64,000 nucleotides of DNA from Flavobacteriales bacterium UBA1694 (GTDB lineage Bacteria > Bacteroidota > Bacteroidia > Flavobacteriales > Weeksellaceae). The stretch spans positions 34,582 to 98,581 of the forward strand of contig DCJS01000033.1 in assembly GCA_002319955.1 (NCBI GenBank), given 5' to 3'. The notes beneath the pieces are model-generated. The model worked only from the letters and a program-made list of their open reading frames with translations. It was not told the origin of the DNA and did not search any database. Position numbers and translations under genes: made by a program. Positions within the stretch are counted from its first letter, which is position 1; each line of letters starts with the position of its first letter. This document shows, one piece after another, positions 21,395 through 28,704 of this stretch.

Positions 21395-22174
21395 ATGGAT
21401 TTTAAAATAAAAACCATGGCCGAGTATGCGGCTGAAGGAAAAGCTCCTGAGGTTCTTTTCTGGGTTGGTTGTGCAGGAAGTTTTGATGATCGCGCAAAGA
21501 AGATCACACGGGCATTCTGTAAGATATTGAATAAGATCGGTGTCGAATTTGCGGTATTGGGGCAAGAGGAAAGTTGCACGGGGGATCCGGCCAAAAGAGC
21601 TGGAAATGAATTCGTGTTTCAAATGATGGCCATGACCAATATTGAAGTTTTGAATGCTTACGAAATTAAAAAAATCGTTACGGCTTGTCCGCATTGTTTC
21701 AATACCCTTAAGAACGAATATCCAAGTCTAGGAGGTCAGTATGAAGTAATGCACCATACACAGTTTTTAAAGAACCTCATGAAGGAGGGCCGATTGAAAA
21801 TTGAAGGCGGACGTTTCGAAGGAAAGAAGATCACCTTCCACGATCCTTGCTATTTAGGACGGGCAAACGGCGAATACGAGGCGCCTCGTGACCTATTGAG
21901 TAAATTGGATGCAGAGCTCGTTGAGATGAAGCGATGCAAGCAAAACGGCCTTTGCTGCGGCGCTGGAGGTGCACAGATGTTTAAAGAGCCTGAAGCTGGA
22001 AAAAAAGACATTAATGTGGAGCGAACCGAAGAGGCGCTGGAGGAAAAACCGGATGTGATTGCCACAGGGTGTCCGTTTTGTATGACGATGATTACTGATG
22101 GGGTGAAGCACCTTAATAGTTCTGTTGAGGTAAAAGATATTGCAGAATTGCTTGCAGAAGCGGAGGACCTGTAG
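21395..22174 (+). CDS. (Fe-S)-binding protein with two cysteine-rich CCG domains (HdrD/DsrK/GlpC C-terminal type)
   Basis: First repeat GCAGSF...SCTGDP...CPHC. Second repeat DPCYLGR...LCCGAGG...CPFC. Confidence 0.75.
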   Translation: MDFKIKTMAEYAAEGKAPEVLFWVGCAGSFDDRAKKITRAFCKILNKIGVEFAVLGQEESCTGDPAKRAGNEFVFQMMAMTNIEVLNAYEIKKIVTACPHCFNTLKNEYPSLGGQYEVMHHTQFLKNLMKEGRLKIEGGRFEGKKITFHDPCYLGRANGEYEAPRDLLSKLDAELVEMKRCKQNGLCCGAGGAQMFKEPEAGKKDINVERTEEALEEKPDVIATGCPFCMTMITDGVKHLNSSVEVKDIAELLAEAEDL

Positions 22175-22200
22175 ATTAGTAATGCGCAAAGATTTTTCAC

Positions 22201-22208
22201 TAACTTTG
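22201..22208 (+). promoter_or_regulatory. Bacteroidota-type -7 promoter box
   Basis: Exact TAnnTTTG (TAACTTTG) 20 nt upstream of the ATG at 22229. Confidence 0.45.
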
Positions 22209-22228
22209 CAGTAGAAAGTAAAAATAGA

Positions 22229-22720
22229 ATGAGAATAGAGGAATCTGAAGTCATTGAGACAAACGACTACCGCGTGTTAATTTACCCGGCGTCTCGACCG
22301 TTTTCGCCTAAAGAAAGCAAAAAGATTGCGGAGAAATTGTATGATTTTTTAGGAACTTGGGCGGCTCATGGTAACCCACTCTCGGCCTCGTACAAAATTG
22401 AAAGAAACCAATTCATTGTTGTGGCTGTGGATGAAGAGAAGGAAATGGCCTCAGGGTGTTCAATTGATGCACTTGGAGAGGTTTTAAGATCCTTGGATAC
22501 AGAGTTTGAACTAGGACTTTTCGACCGTATGAAAGCCTCTTATGTTGAGCAGCAAGAGGTGAAAACCCTCAAGCTATCAGATTTTAGATCAGGACTCAGA
22601 GACGGAACAATTCCTCACACCATTGAAGTCTTTGATTTTTCAAAGCCAACCTATGTGAGTTTCCTTTCCGATTTCCTTTTGCCATTAAAAAGAAGTTGGG
22701 CTGGAATTTATGTGGAATAA
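22229..22720 (+). CDS. conserved hypothetical protein
   Basis: 163 aa ORF with its own promoter box and terminator. No motif I can name. Confidence 0.5.
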   Translation: MRIEESEVIETNDYRVLIYPASRPFSPKESKKIAEKLYDFLGTWAAHGNPLSASYKIERNQFIVVAVDEEKEMASGCSIDALGEVLRSLDTEFELGLFDRMKASYVEQQEVKTLKLSDFRSGLRDGTIPHTIEVFDFSKPTYVSFLSDFLLPLKRSWAGIYVE

Positions 22721-22763
22721 TAGTCAGTTAAAATGCGAAGAATGGCAATTTGCTAAACGATAC

Positions 22764-22795
22764 AAAATCCTCATTTTAATGGGGATTTTTTTTTA
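22764..22795 (+). terminator. rho-independent terminator
   Basis: aaaatcctc / ggggatttt form a 9-bp stem (one G-U) followed by a long T-run. Confidence 0.7.
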
Positions 22796-22862
22796 TTGTG
22801 AAAGGCAGTCTTACGCTTTGAACTTAGGACCGCGGATATTTCCGTAACACTCAAAATAATGC

Positions 22863-22870
22863 TATTTTTG
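22863..22870 (+). promoter_or_regulatory. Bacteroidota-type -7 promoter box (near-leaderless geometry)
   Basis: Exact TAnnTTTG (TATTTTTG) only 4 nt upstream of the ATG at 22875. Confidence 0.4.
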
Positions 22871-22874
22871 CTAA

Positions 22875-23369
22875 ATGAATGCAATTCGATACATCGTGCT
22901 TAGTGCTGTGCTTCTCTGCGTAAGTTGTCGTGGAGACAGTGAGCAGGATGTCCCGGGCATGGATCAGGTGCTTAGAATCTATATTCAAGATGCTCAGGGA
23001 GTAGATTTGTTAGACCCCGATGAGGAATTGGCACTATTCCAAGTGACACTTGTGGATTTCGATGCAAGTACAGCAAATCTGCCAGTGCAAGCCTCAAAAA
23101 AAGAAGACAGTCTCCAAGGCTATTATTTAGAATATATTGCCGGAGCTGAGCGCACATTAGATTCCGAGACCGGTCCAGAGAGACATTATTATTCTAACAT
23201 GGGCATCCAACTTAGAGAAACGGCCCAGGGAGAGATTGATCAAGATACACTACGCTTAGAGTATAAGTTCACACCCCAGCTTTTTTCACTGGAACGGGTG
23301 TTTTTAAATGAAAACTTGGCTTTTACGCGAGTCGAAGGAAAGATTAATTCTGTGATTATCAAGAAGTAA
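22875..23369 (+). CDS. lipoprotein, unknown function
   Basis: Signal peptide with lipobox (LLCVSC). 164 aa. Confidence 0.55.
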   Translation: MNAIRYIVLSAVLLCVSCRGDSEQDVPGMDQVLRIYIQDAQGVDLLDPDEELALFQVTLVDFDASTANLPVQASKKEDSLQGYYLEYIAGAERTLDSETGPERHYYSNMGIQLRETAQGEIDQDTLRLEYKFTPQLFSLERVFLNENLAFTRVEGKINSVIIKK

Positions 23370-23410
23370 GCTATTATAAACAGTCGCAATAACATTATTA
23401 CACCATACAG

Positions 23411-24682
23411 ATGCTACAAATTAATTTTATTAAAGAAAATAGAGAACGCGTCCTAGAAGGCCTACAGAAGAGAGGATTTAAACAACTGGATCTGATTGAT
23501 TTAGTTGTAAGTCTTGACGATAAACGAAAATCTGTTCAATTTGAATTGGATGAAACCTTGGCGCAAAGTAGACGCATCTCAAATGAAATAGCCCAATTCG
23601 TGAAGGAGGGGAAAATGGATCAGGTTCAGGCGGCGAAAGAAAAGACGAGCACCTACAAGGAAAGCAGTCAAAATCTAAAGCGTGATTTAGAATCGATTGA
23701 ACAAGATTTACTCGATGGATTATATCTAATTCCAAATATCCCTAGTGCTCAAGTGAAAGCAGGACTTACGCCTGAAGATAATGAGCTTATTTTTCAAAGT
23801 TCTGAAGTCGCTCCCATGGCATCAGGAGCTTTGCCTCACTGGGAACTTGCGAAAAAATACAATCTAATCGATTTTGAATTGGGTGTGAAAGTGGCTGGGG
23901 CAGGATTCCCAGTATACTTCGGGCAAGGGGCAAGGCTTCAACGCGCCTTAGTTCAGTACTTTCTTGATAAGAATGTCGAGGGTGGCTATTTAGAAGTAAA
24001 CCCGCCGCATGTCGTAAACGAAGCCTCAGGCTATGGAACAGGGCAGCTTCCTGATAAGGAAGGTCAGATGTATTATATCGCAGAAGACGACTTGTATCTT
24101 ATTCCTACGGCTGAAGTTTCGGTCACCAATCTATACCGTGATGTGATTCTTGAGGAAAAACAATTGCCAATTAGAAATACCGCTTTTTCCCAATGCTATC
24201 GTCGTGAAGCCGGGAGTTATGGCGCGCATGTACGAGGTTTGAATCGTCTTCATCAATTTGAAAAGGTTGAACTTGTAAGACTCGAGCATCCTGACAATTC
24301 GTATGAGGCCCTAGAAGGCATGGTAGAGCACGTGAAGTCTATTCTGGAAGACCTAGAGCTTCCTTACCGTATCCTAAGACTTTGTGGAGGTGATATGGGA
24401 TTCACCTCAGCCATGACCTACGATTTTGAAGTGTGGAGTGCTGCACAGGAAAAATGGTTAGAAGTTAGTTCTGTTTCTAATTTTGAAACATTTCAGGCCA
24501 ACCGTCTTAAATGCCGTTTCAAATCAGGTGACTCAAAACCGCAATTAGTCCATACACTGAATGGCTCTGCCATGGCCCTACCTCGGATTATGGCAGCTTT
24601 ACTAGAGAATAATCAGATTGAGGGTGGCATCCGTATTCCGGCAAAAATTGCTGAGTATTGCCGTTTTGATAAAATTCAATAA
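23411..24682 (+). CDS. serS: serine--tRNA ligase
   Basis: 423 aa. N-terminal coiled-coil arm and class II core (FSQCYRREAGSYG, GSAMALPR). Confidence 0.95.
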   Translation: MLQINFIKENRERVLEGLQKRGFKQLDLIDLVVSLDDKRKSVQFELDETLAQSRRISNEIAQFVKEGKMDQVQAAKEKTSTYKESSQNLKRDLESIEQDLLDGLYLIPNIPSAQVKAGLTPEDNELIFQSSEVAPMASGALPHWELAKKYNLIDFELGVKVAGAGFPVYFGQGARLQRALVQYFLDKNVEGGYLEVNPPHVVNEASGYGTGQLPDKEGQMYYIAEDDLYLIPTAEVSVTNLYRDVILEEKQLPIRNTAFSQCYRREAGSYGAHVRGLNRLHQFEKVELVRLEHPDNSYEALEGMVEHVKSILEDLELPYRILRLCGGDMGFTSAMTYDFEVWSAAQEKWLEVSSVSNFETFQANRLKCRFKSGDSKPQLVHTLNGSAMALPRIMAALLENNQIEGGIRIPAKIAEYCRFDKIQ

Positions 24683-24717
24683 TAGAGGGCCCAAAAAGTC
24701 TGAAACAAAATAATGTA

Positions 24718-24751
24718 ACCGTCTCAAGTTTTAATTTGAGACGGTTTTTTG
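24718..24751 (+). terminator. rho-independent terminator
   Basis: accgtctcaa / ttgagacggt form a 10-bp stem followed by TTTTTT. Confidence 0.85.
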
Positions 24752-24862
24752 TTGCTTTGAGACCAAGCCAGTAAGGAAGTCTTGAGCTTATTTTAGGGGT
24801 TGCAATTGACTAATCGAATTCAGATACTTTAAATAGTGCTGGCCCAATTGTTTGAGCTCGTC

Positions 24863-25606
24863 TTAGTGGCAGGTAGAATGGTCTCCCTCATGGTGCATGG
24901 AGGAGTTGTTGTGTTCGACCTGTAGAGCTTGTTTAGGTGGGGAGAGATAAGGTATCCCTAGTTCGAGTCCCCGAATGATGAATAAGGAGCCAATCAGCAG
25001 CATGAGTACCGGCACAAGGCGTAAAACCTTCAAGCGAAACGCTTGGGTCATGATCCCCCCTGCAAAGACAACAGCAAACATAAAGGGAAATGTTCCAAGG
25101 CCAAACACGAGCATAAAAGTGGCACTTTGCCAGATTCCACCGGCCGCTAGTGATGCAGTAAGGGCCATATAGACCATGCCGCAAGGCAGAAGACCGTTGA
25201 GCAGGCCTGTTAGAAAGCGAGACTTATAATCTGAACGTTGTAGTAGGGATCCGAGGGCTATTTTTACTTTGAGCAGGCCTTTATTTAAAAAGGGGATTTT
25301 ACTTGCGAAATCTTTACCACCAAAGGAAAATAGAGCCATTAGAATCAGTAAAATACCCACGCCTATGGTGAGGTATTTTTGAATCCCAGCCACTTGAAAT
25401 CCCTGACCGATTAAGCCTAGAAATGCCCCGAGTATACTGTAGGTGACAATCCGACCTAAATTATAGGTTATATTTTGAATCTGAAAATTAAGTGCTTGGT
25501 TTTTGGTCAAACCCATGGATAGGGCGATTGGGCCGCACATGCCGATGCAGTGAAAGCCTGAAGCAAAACCAAGACCTAACGCCGTCAAAATCAGTGCTAT
25601 TTCCAT
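24863..25606 (-). CDS. TauE/SafE-like (DsbD_2-like) membrane protein, last gene of the cco cluster
   Basis: 247 aa polytopic protein. CIGMCGP motif in TM1. C-terminal His/Cys-rich tail (SSMHHEGDHSTCH). Overlaps the fixH-like gene by 10 nt. Confidence 0.65.
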   Translation of the reverse strand: MEIALILTALGLGFASGFHCIGMCGPIALSMGLTKNQALNFQIQNITYNLGRIVTYSILGAFLGLIGQGFQVAGIQKYLTIGVGILLILMALFSFGGKDFASKIPFLNKGLLKVKIALGSLLQRSDYKSRFLTGLLNGLLPCGMVYMALTASLAAGGIWQSATFMLVFGLGTFPFMFAVVFAGGIMTQAFRLKVLRLVPVLMLLIGSLFIIRGLELGIPYLSPPKQALQVEHNNSSMHHEGDHSTCH

Positions 25607-26052
25607 AGAATATCATAGTCCATTTGGTAGGGCACTTGCTTAGAGTTCCACGCTATTTTCAAGGTATATGAGCCTGGAAAAAGGATTTGTTTTGGGATGT
25701 GGATCCGTCGTCCATTTTCAAATTGAAGTGGTTTCTCTACATCTAAATTCGCATCATCTGTTCTAAAGAGGTGAAAGGTGACTTTATTTTGATCGACGAT
25801 GATTGCTTGCGGGAATTGAAGTGTGATGCCTTGGGTTGTTTGTGAATAAATCGGTTTCTCTGGGAGCTTGTCGGCATTGTTTTTCGCATCAATAACTTCT
25901 TGGTAGCGAAGTTCATCCCCATAATAATCTGAAGATACCATTTCGGCATTTTGCCAGCCTCTACCGTAAATAAAGATGAGCGATAAAATGAACAGCATAA
26001 AGGCGCCTAATGCGACGACGACTCCGTGTCCCCAAGTAAAGTTCTTTAACAT
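25597..26052 (-). CDS. FixH/CcoH-family protein
   Basis: 151 aa. One N-terminal TM helix plus a beta-rich domain. Sits directly after ccoG. Confidence 0.7.
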   Translation of the reverse strand: MLKNFTWGHGVVVALGAFMLFILSLIFIYGRGWQNAEMVSSDYYGDELRYQEVIDAKNNADKLPEKPIYSQTTQGITLQFPQAIIVDQNKVTFHLFRTDDANLDVEKPLQFENGRRIHIPKQILFPGSYTLKIAWNSKQVPYQMDYDILWK

Positions 26053-26061
26053 AATAATGAA

Positions 26062-27513
26062 TTAAAATTGTATTTTGAATGGTCCTTCAAAATAGGTTTC
26101 AAACGAGTCAAGTAGCTCGCCCTTTTGGTTATAGACCCCAATGGTAACATTTTGTTTTGATAAGTGGATGTTCTTTTCTGGGAAACTTACATTCACTGTG
26201 CCTTTGGTAATCTCATTTTTCTTTAAGATAATTTTGTTCGTATTACTGAATGTGATTGTCCCTTCTTTTGGTTCCATGATTTTAATAGTCACCAGTTGGT
26301 CCTTGTCTGATTTATTTAGGAAGGTGTAGTTGTAAATGTTAGATATTTTTCCATCTCTTAAAAAGAAGGTCGAACCTGCAGGTTTAATGAATTTTGCCTC
26401 CATCGAACCACGGTTATTAAGGAGAAAGCCAAGAAATCCAAATAGAAGTACTAAGACCACAGTGTAGGCCTTCATCTTTAAGGTGAATTTGAATGGCAGT
26501 TCTTTTTCAATTTCGTCCTCTGTGGCGTAGCGGATTAAGCCCTTAGGAAGCCCAACTTTAACCATTACTTCATCACAGGCATCGATACAAGCTGTACAAT
26601 TTACACATTCTAGCTGTTGTCCATTACGAATGTCGATTCCTGTTGGACAGACCACCACGCATTGGTTACAGTCGATACAATCTCCTTTCCCCTCAGCTTT
26701 TCGGTCTTCGCCATTTCTCCATTTCGAGCGGTTTTCACCGCGTTTGAAATCGTAATAGACGTTGATGGTCTGCTTGTCGATTAGCACTCCTTGAAGCCTC
26801 CCGTATGGACAGACTAGGGTGCAGACTTGCTCGCGCAGCCACGCAAATACAAAATAAAAGGCGATCGTGAATAAAACCATCACGATAAAATTTGTCGGGT
26901 ATGCTGATGGTCCCTCCTTCATAATATGAACAACGCGCTCGTAGCCTACGATGTACATGAACATGACATGCGTGATGACAAGTGAGATGATTATAAAAAT
27001 AGTCCATTTAAGCCCCCGTTTCGTTATTTTCTCGGTATTCCAAGGCTGGTTGTCGAGCCGTATTTGTTTGTTTCGGTCCCCTTCAATAGCATACTCTACC
27101 TTTCTGAAAATCATTTCCATGAAGATCGTTTGAGGGCATATCCAACCACAAAATATCCGGCCAAAAACAACTGTAAATAAAATGATGAATACGATTGAAG
27201 CTATAGCCCCAATCGCAAGTATGAAAAAGTCTTGAGGGTAGAACGGTTGCCCCGCAATGTAGAATTCACGATCTAAAACATTAAGCAATAAGATGGGGTT
27301 GCCATTAATCGTCAAAAATGGAATAGCAAAGAATATGGCCAATAATATAAGACTGACTAGAAGACGGTAATTCGTATAGCGCCCTTTGGGCTTACGTGGA
27401 TAGACCCACTTACGTTTACCGGTATGGTCCATGGTATTTACAGAGTCTCGGAAGGTTTCAGGGTCTATTACTTGGCCTTGCCCGCCGCGGAAGATATTTT
27501 CTTGATCTTGCAT
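26062..27513 (-). CDS. ccoG: cytochrome c oxidase accessory protein CcoG/FixG
   Basis: 483 aa. TM helices. CGWICPQ, CPYGR, and ferredoxin motifs CIDCNQCVVVCP and CVNCTACIDACD. Confidence 0.9.
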   Translation of the reverse strand: MQDQENIFRGGQGQVIDPETFRDSVNTMDHTGKRKWVYPRKPKGRYTNYRLLVSLILLAIFFAIPFLTINGNPILLLNVLDREFYIAGQPFYPQDFFILAIGAIASIVFIILFTVVFGRIFCGWICPQTIFMEMIFRKVEYAIEGDRNKQIRLDNQPWNTEKITKRGLKWTIFIIISLVITHVMFMYIVGYERVVHIMKEGPSAYPTNFIVMVLFTIAFYFVFAWLREQVCTLVCPYGRLQGVLIDKQTINVYYDFKRGENRSKWRNGEDRKAEGKGDCIDCNQCVVVCPTGIDIRNGQQLECVNCTACIDACDEVMVKVGLPKGLIRYATEDEIEKELPFKFTLKMKAYTVVLVLLFGFLGFLLNNRGSMEAKFIKPAGSTFFLRDGKISNIYNYTFLNKSDKDQLVTIKIMEPKEGTITFSNTNKIILKKNEITKGTVNVSFPEKNIHLSKQNVTIGVYNQKGELLDSFETYFEGPFKIQF

Positions 27514-27524
27514 AGGTCTAATCT

Positions 27525-27581
27525 ATAAATTTAAAAAAGAACATAGTTTACTACTAGGTGGCGTAGTAAACTATGTTCTTT
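27525..27581 (-). terminator. intra-cluster hairpin/terminator between ccoP and ccoG
   Basis: Perfect 19-bp inverted repeat (27536-27554 / 27563-27581) with an 8-nt loop. On the minus strand it is followed by TTTTTAAATTT. Confidence 0.7.
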
Positions 27582-27599
27582 AAAAGAATTCAATATGAT

Positions 27600-28478
27600 T
27601 TATTGTTGCCAATTCGCCTCTGTTCCCTGAGGAGCAGCGCCACCTTCAGAGACGGTAATCGGTTTTTGTTCTTGGTTTATGTGATAAATATATGAGGATA
27701 CTTTTTCTATATCGTTTCCGGTTAGTTGGCCTGTCCCTCCGAAGGCAACCATCGTCGGATTATTCGGTGAACCATTCCAAACGATATGAAAAATATTTTT
27801 GAATAGCGTCTGTTCAGGTTGGTTAATCCAGTGATTATCAGTTAAGTTTGGCCCGATGCCTCCTTTTCCTCCATCCATATGGCAAGAAACGCAACTTGTT
27901 TTGAAAATTTCTTCTCCTTCAGCCACATAGTCAGCATTGTAAAGTGCGGATTCTTGGGTTGCTTGCGGTGCAGTTTTTAAATAGTCCTCAACTGAAGCAA
28001 TCTGAGCTTTGTATTCCTCGTCGTATTCTTTGATTGGGTCCGCAAAATCAGTGAAAAAGAACGCAAGCATGTAGACAATACAATAAGTAACTCCGAACCA
28101 AAATAGTCCTAGCCACCATCTTGGTAGTTGGTTATCAAGTTCCATAATACCATCAAACCCATGGTCAATAAGGATGTCTTTTTCTTCCTTAGCCGATTGC
28201 TTAGCAAATGCCGACTTCCATAGGGTCTTAAAATAAGGCTTCTTCCTATTTTCGAGATACTCCGCTTTCGCTTCTTTTGTTAAGTCTTTGTAAATGTTAT
28301 TCTCAATTAAATCTCCTAGAGCATTGTGTATTAGTGCAAGGATTACACTGATCACAACGGTTCCCCAAAAGTACGGTGAAGATAGAAAAGAGGTGCTTTG
28401 TACAAACATATAGTAGAGCACAAAGAGTATAGCAAGAATAACGGCTATAATTAGAATAACGGGGGTTCTTTGTTTCAT
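27600..28478 (-). CDS. ccoP: cbb3-type cytochrome c oxidase subunit CcoP-like (monoheme form with N-terminal extension)
   Basis: FixP_N-like segment (HGFDGIMELDNQLPRWW). One CxxCH only (CVSCH). Confidence 0.8.
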   Translation of the reverse strand: MKQRTPVILIIAVILAILFVLYYMFVQSTSFLSSPYFWGTVVISVILALIHNALGDLIENNIYKDLTKEAKAEYLENRKKPYFKTLWKSAFAKQSAKEEKDILIDHGFDGIMELDNQLPRWWLGLFWFGVTYCIVYMLAFFFTDFADPIKEYDEEYKAQIASVEDYLKTAPQATQESALYNADYVAEGEEIFKTSCVSCHMDGGKGGIGPNLTDNHWINQPEQTLFKNIFHIVWNGSPNNPTMVAFGGTGQLTGNDIEKVSSYIYHINQEQKPITVSEGGAAPQGTEANWQQ

Positions 28479-28490
28479 AACAATTAATTT

Positions 28491-28682
28491 TTATAAATTA
28501 AAGGGTTGGTCATCGTCTTCCAGCGGCGAATGTGCCTGTTTGTCGTAATGTTTTTTAGAACGACTGAAAACGTACAGAATCAATCCTACAAAAAACATCA
28601 AAAATAGAAGCAAGGCGAGAGTTTGGTAAAACCCTGTATATTGCTCGCTAGAGACGATATCTTTAAGATTTTGTGGGATCAT
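28491..28682 (-). CDS. CcoQ/FixQ-like small subunit
   Basis: 63 aa with a single TM helix, positioned between ccoNO and ccoP. Confidence 0.55.
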   Translation of the reverse strand: MIPQNLKDIVSSEQYTGFYQTLALLLFLMFFVGLILYVFSRSKKHYDKQAHSPLEDDDQPFNL

Positions 28683-28704
28683 GATTTTTACTACTTAAAT
28701 TAAA

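Noticed and set aside
24666-24679. TTGATAAAATTCAA, close to the FNR consensus TTGAT-N4-ATCAA
   Set aside because: It lies within the last codons of serS, and no gene starts downstream on either strand. Probably a chance match in AT-rich sequence.
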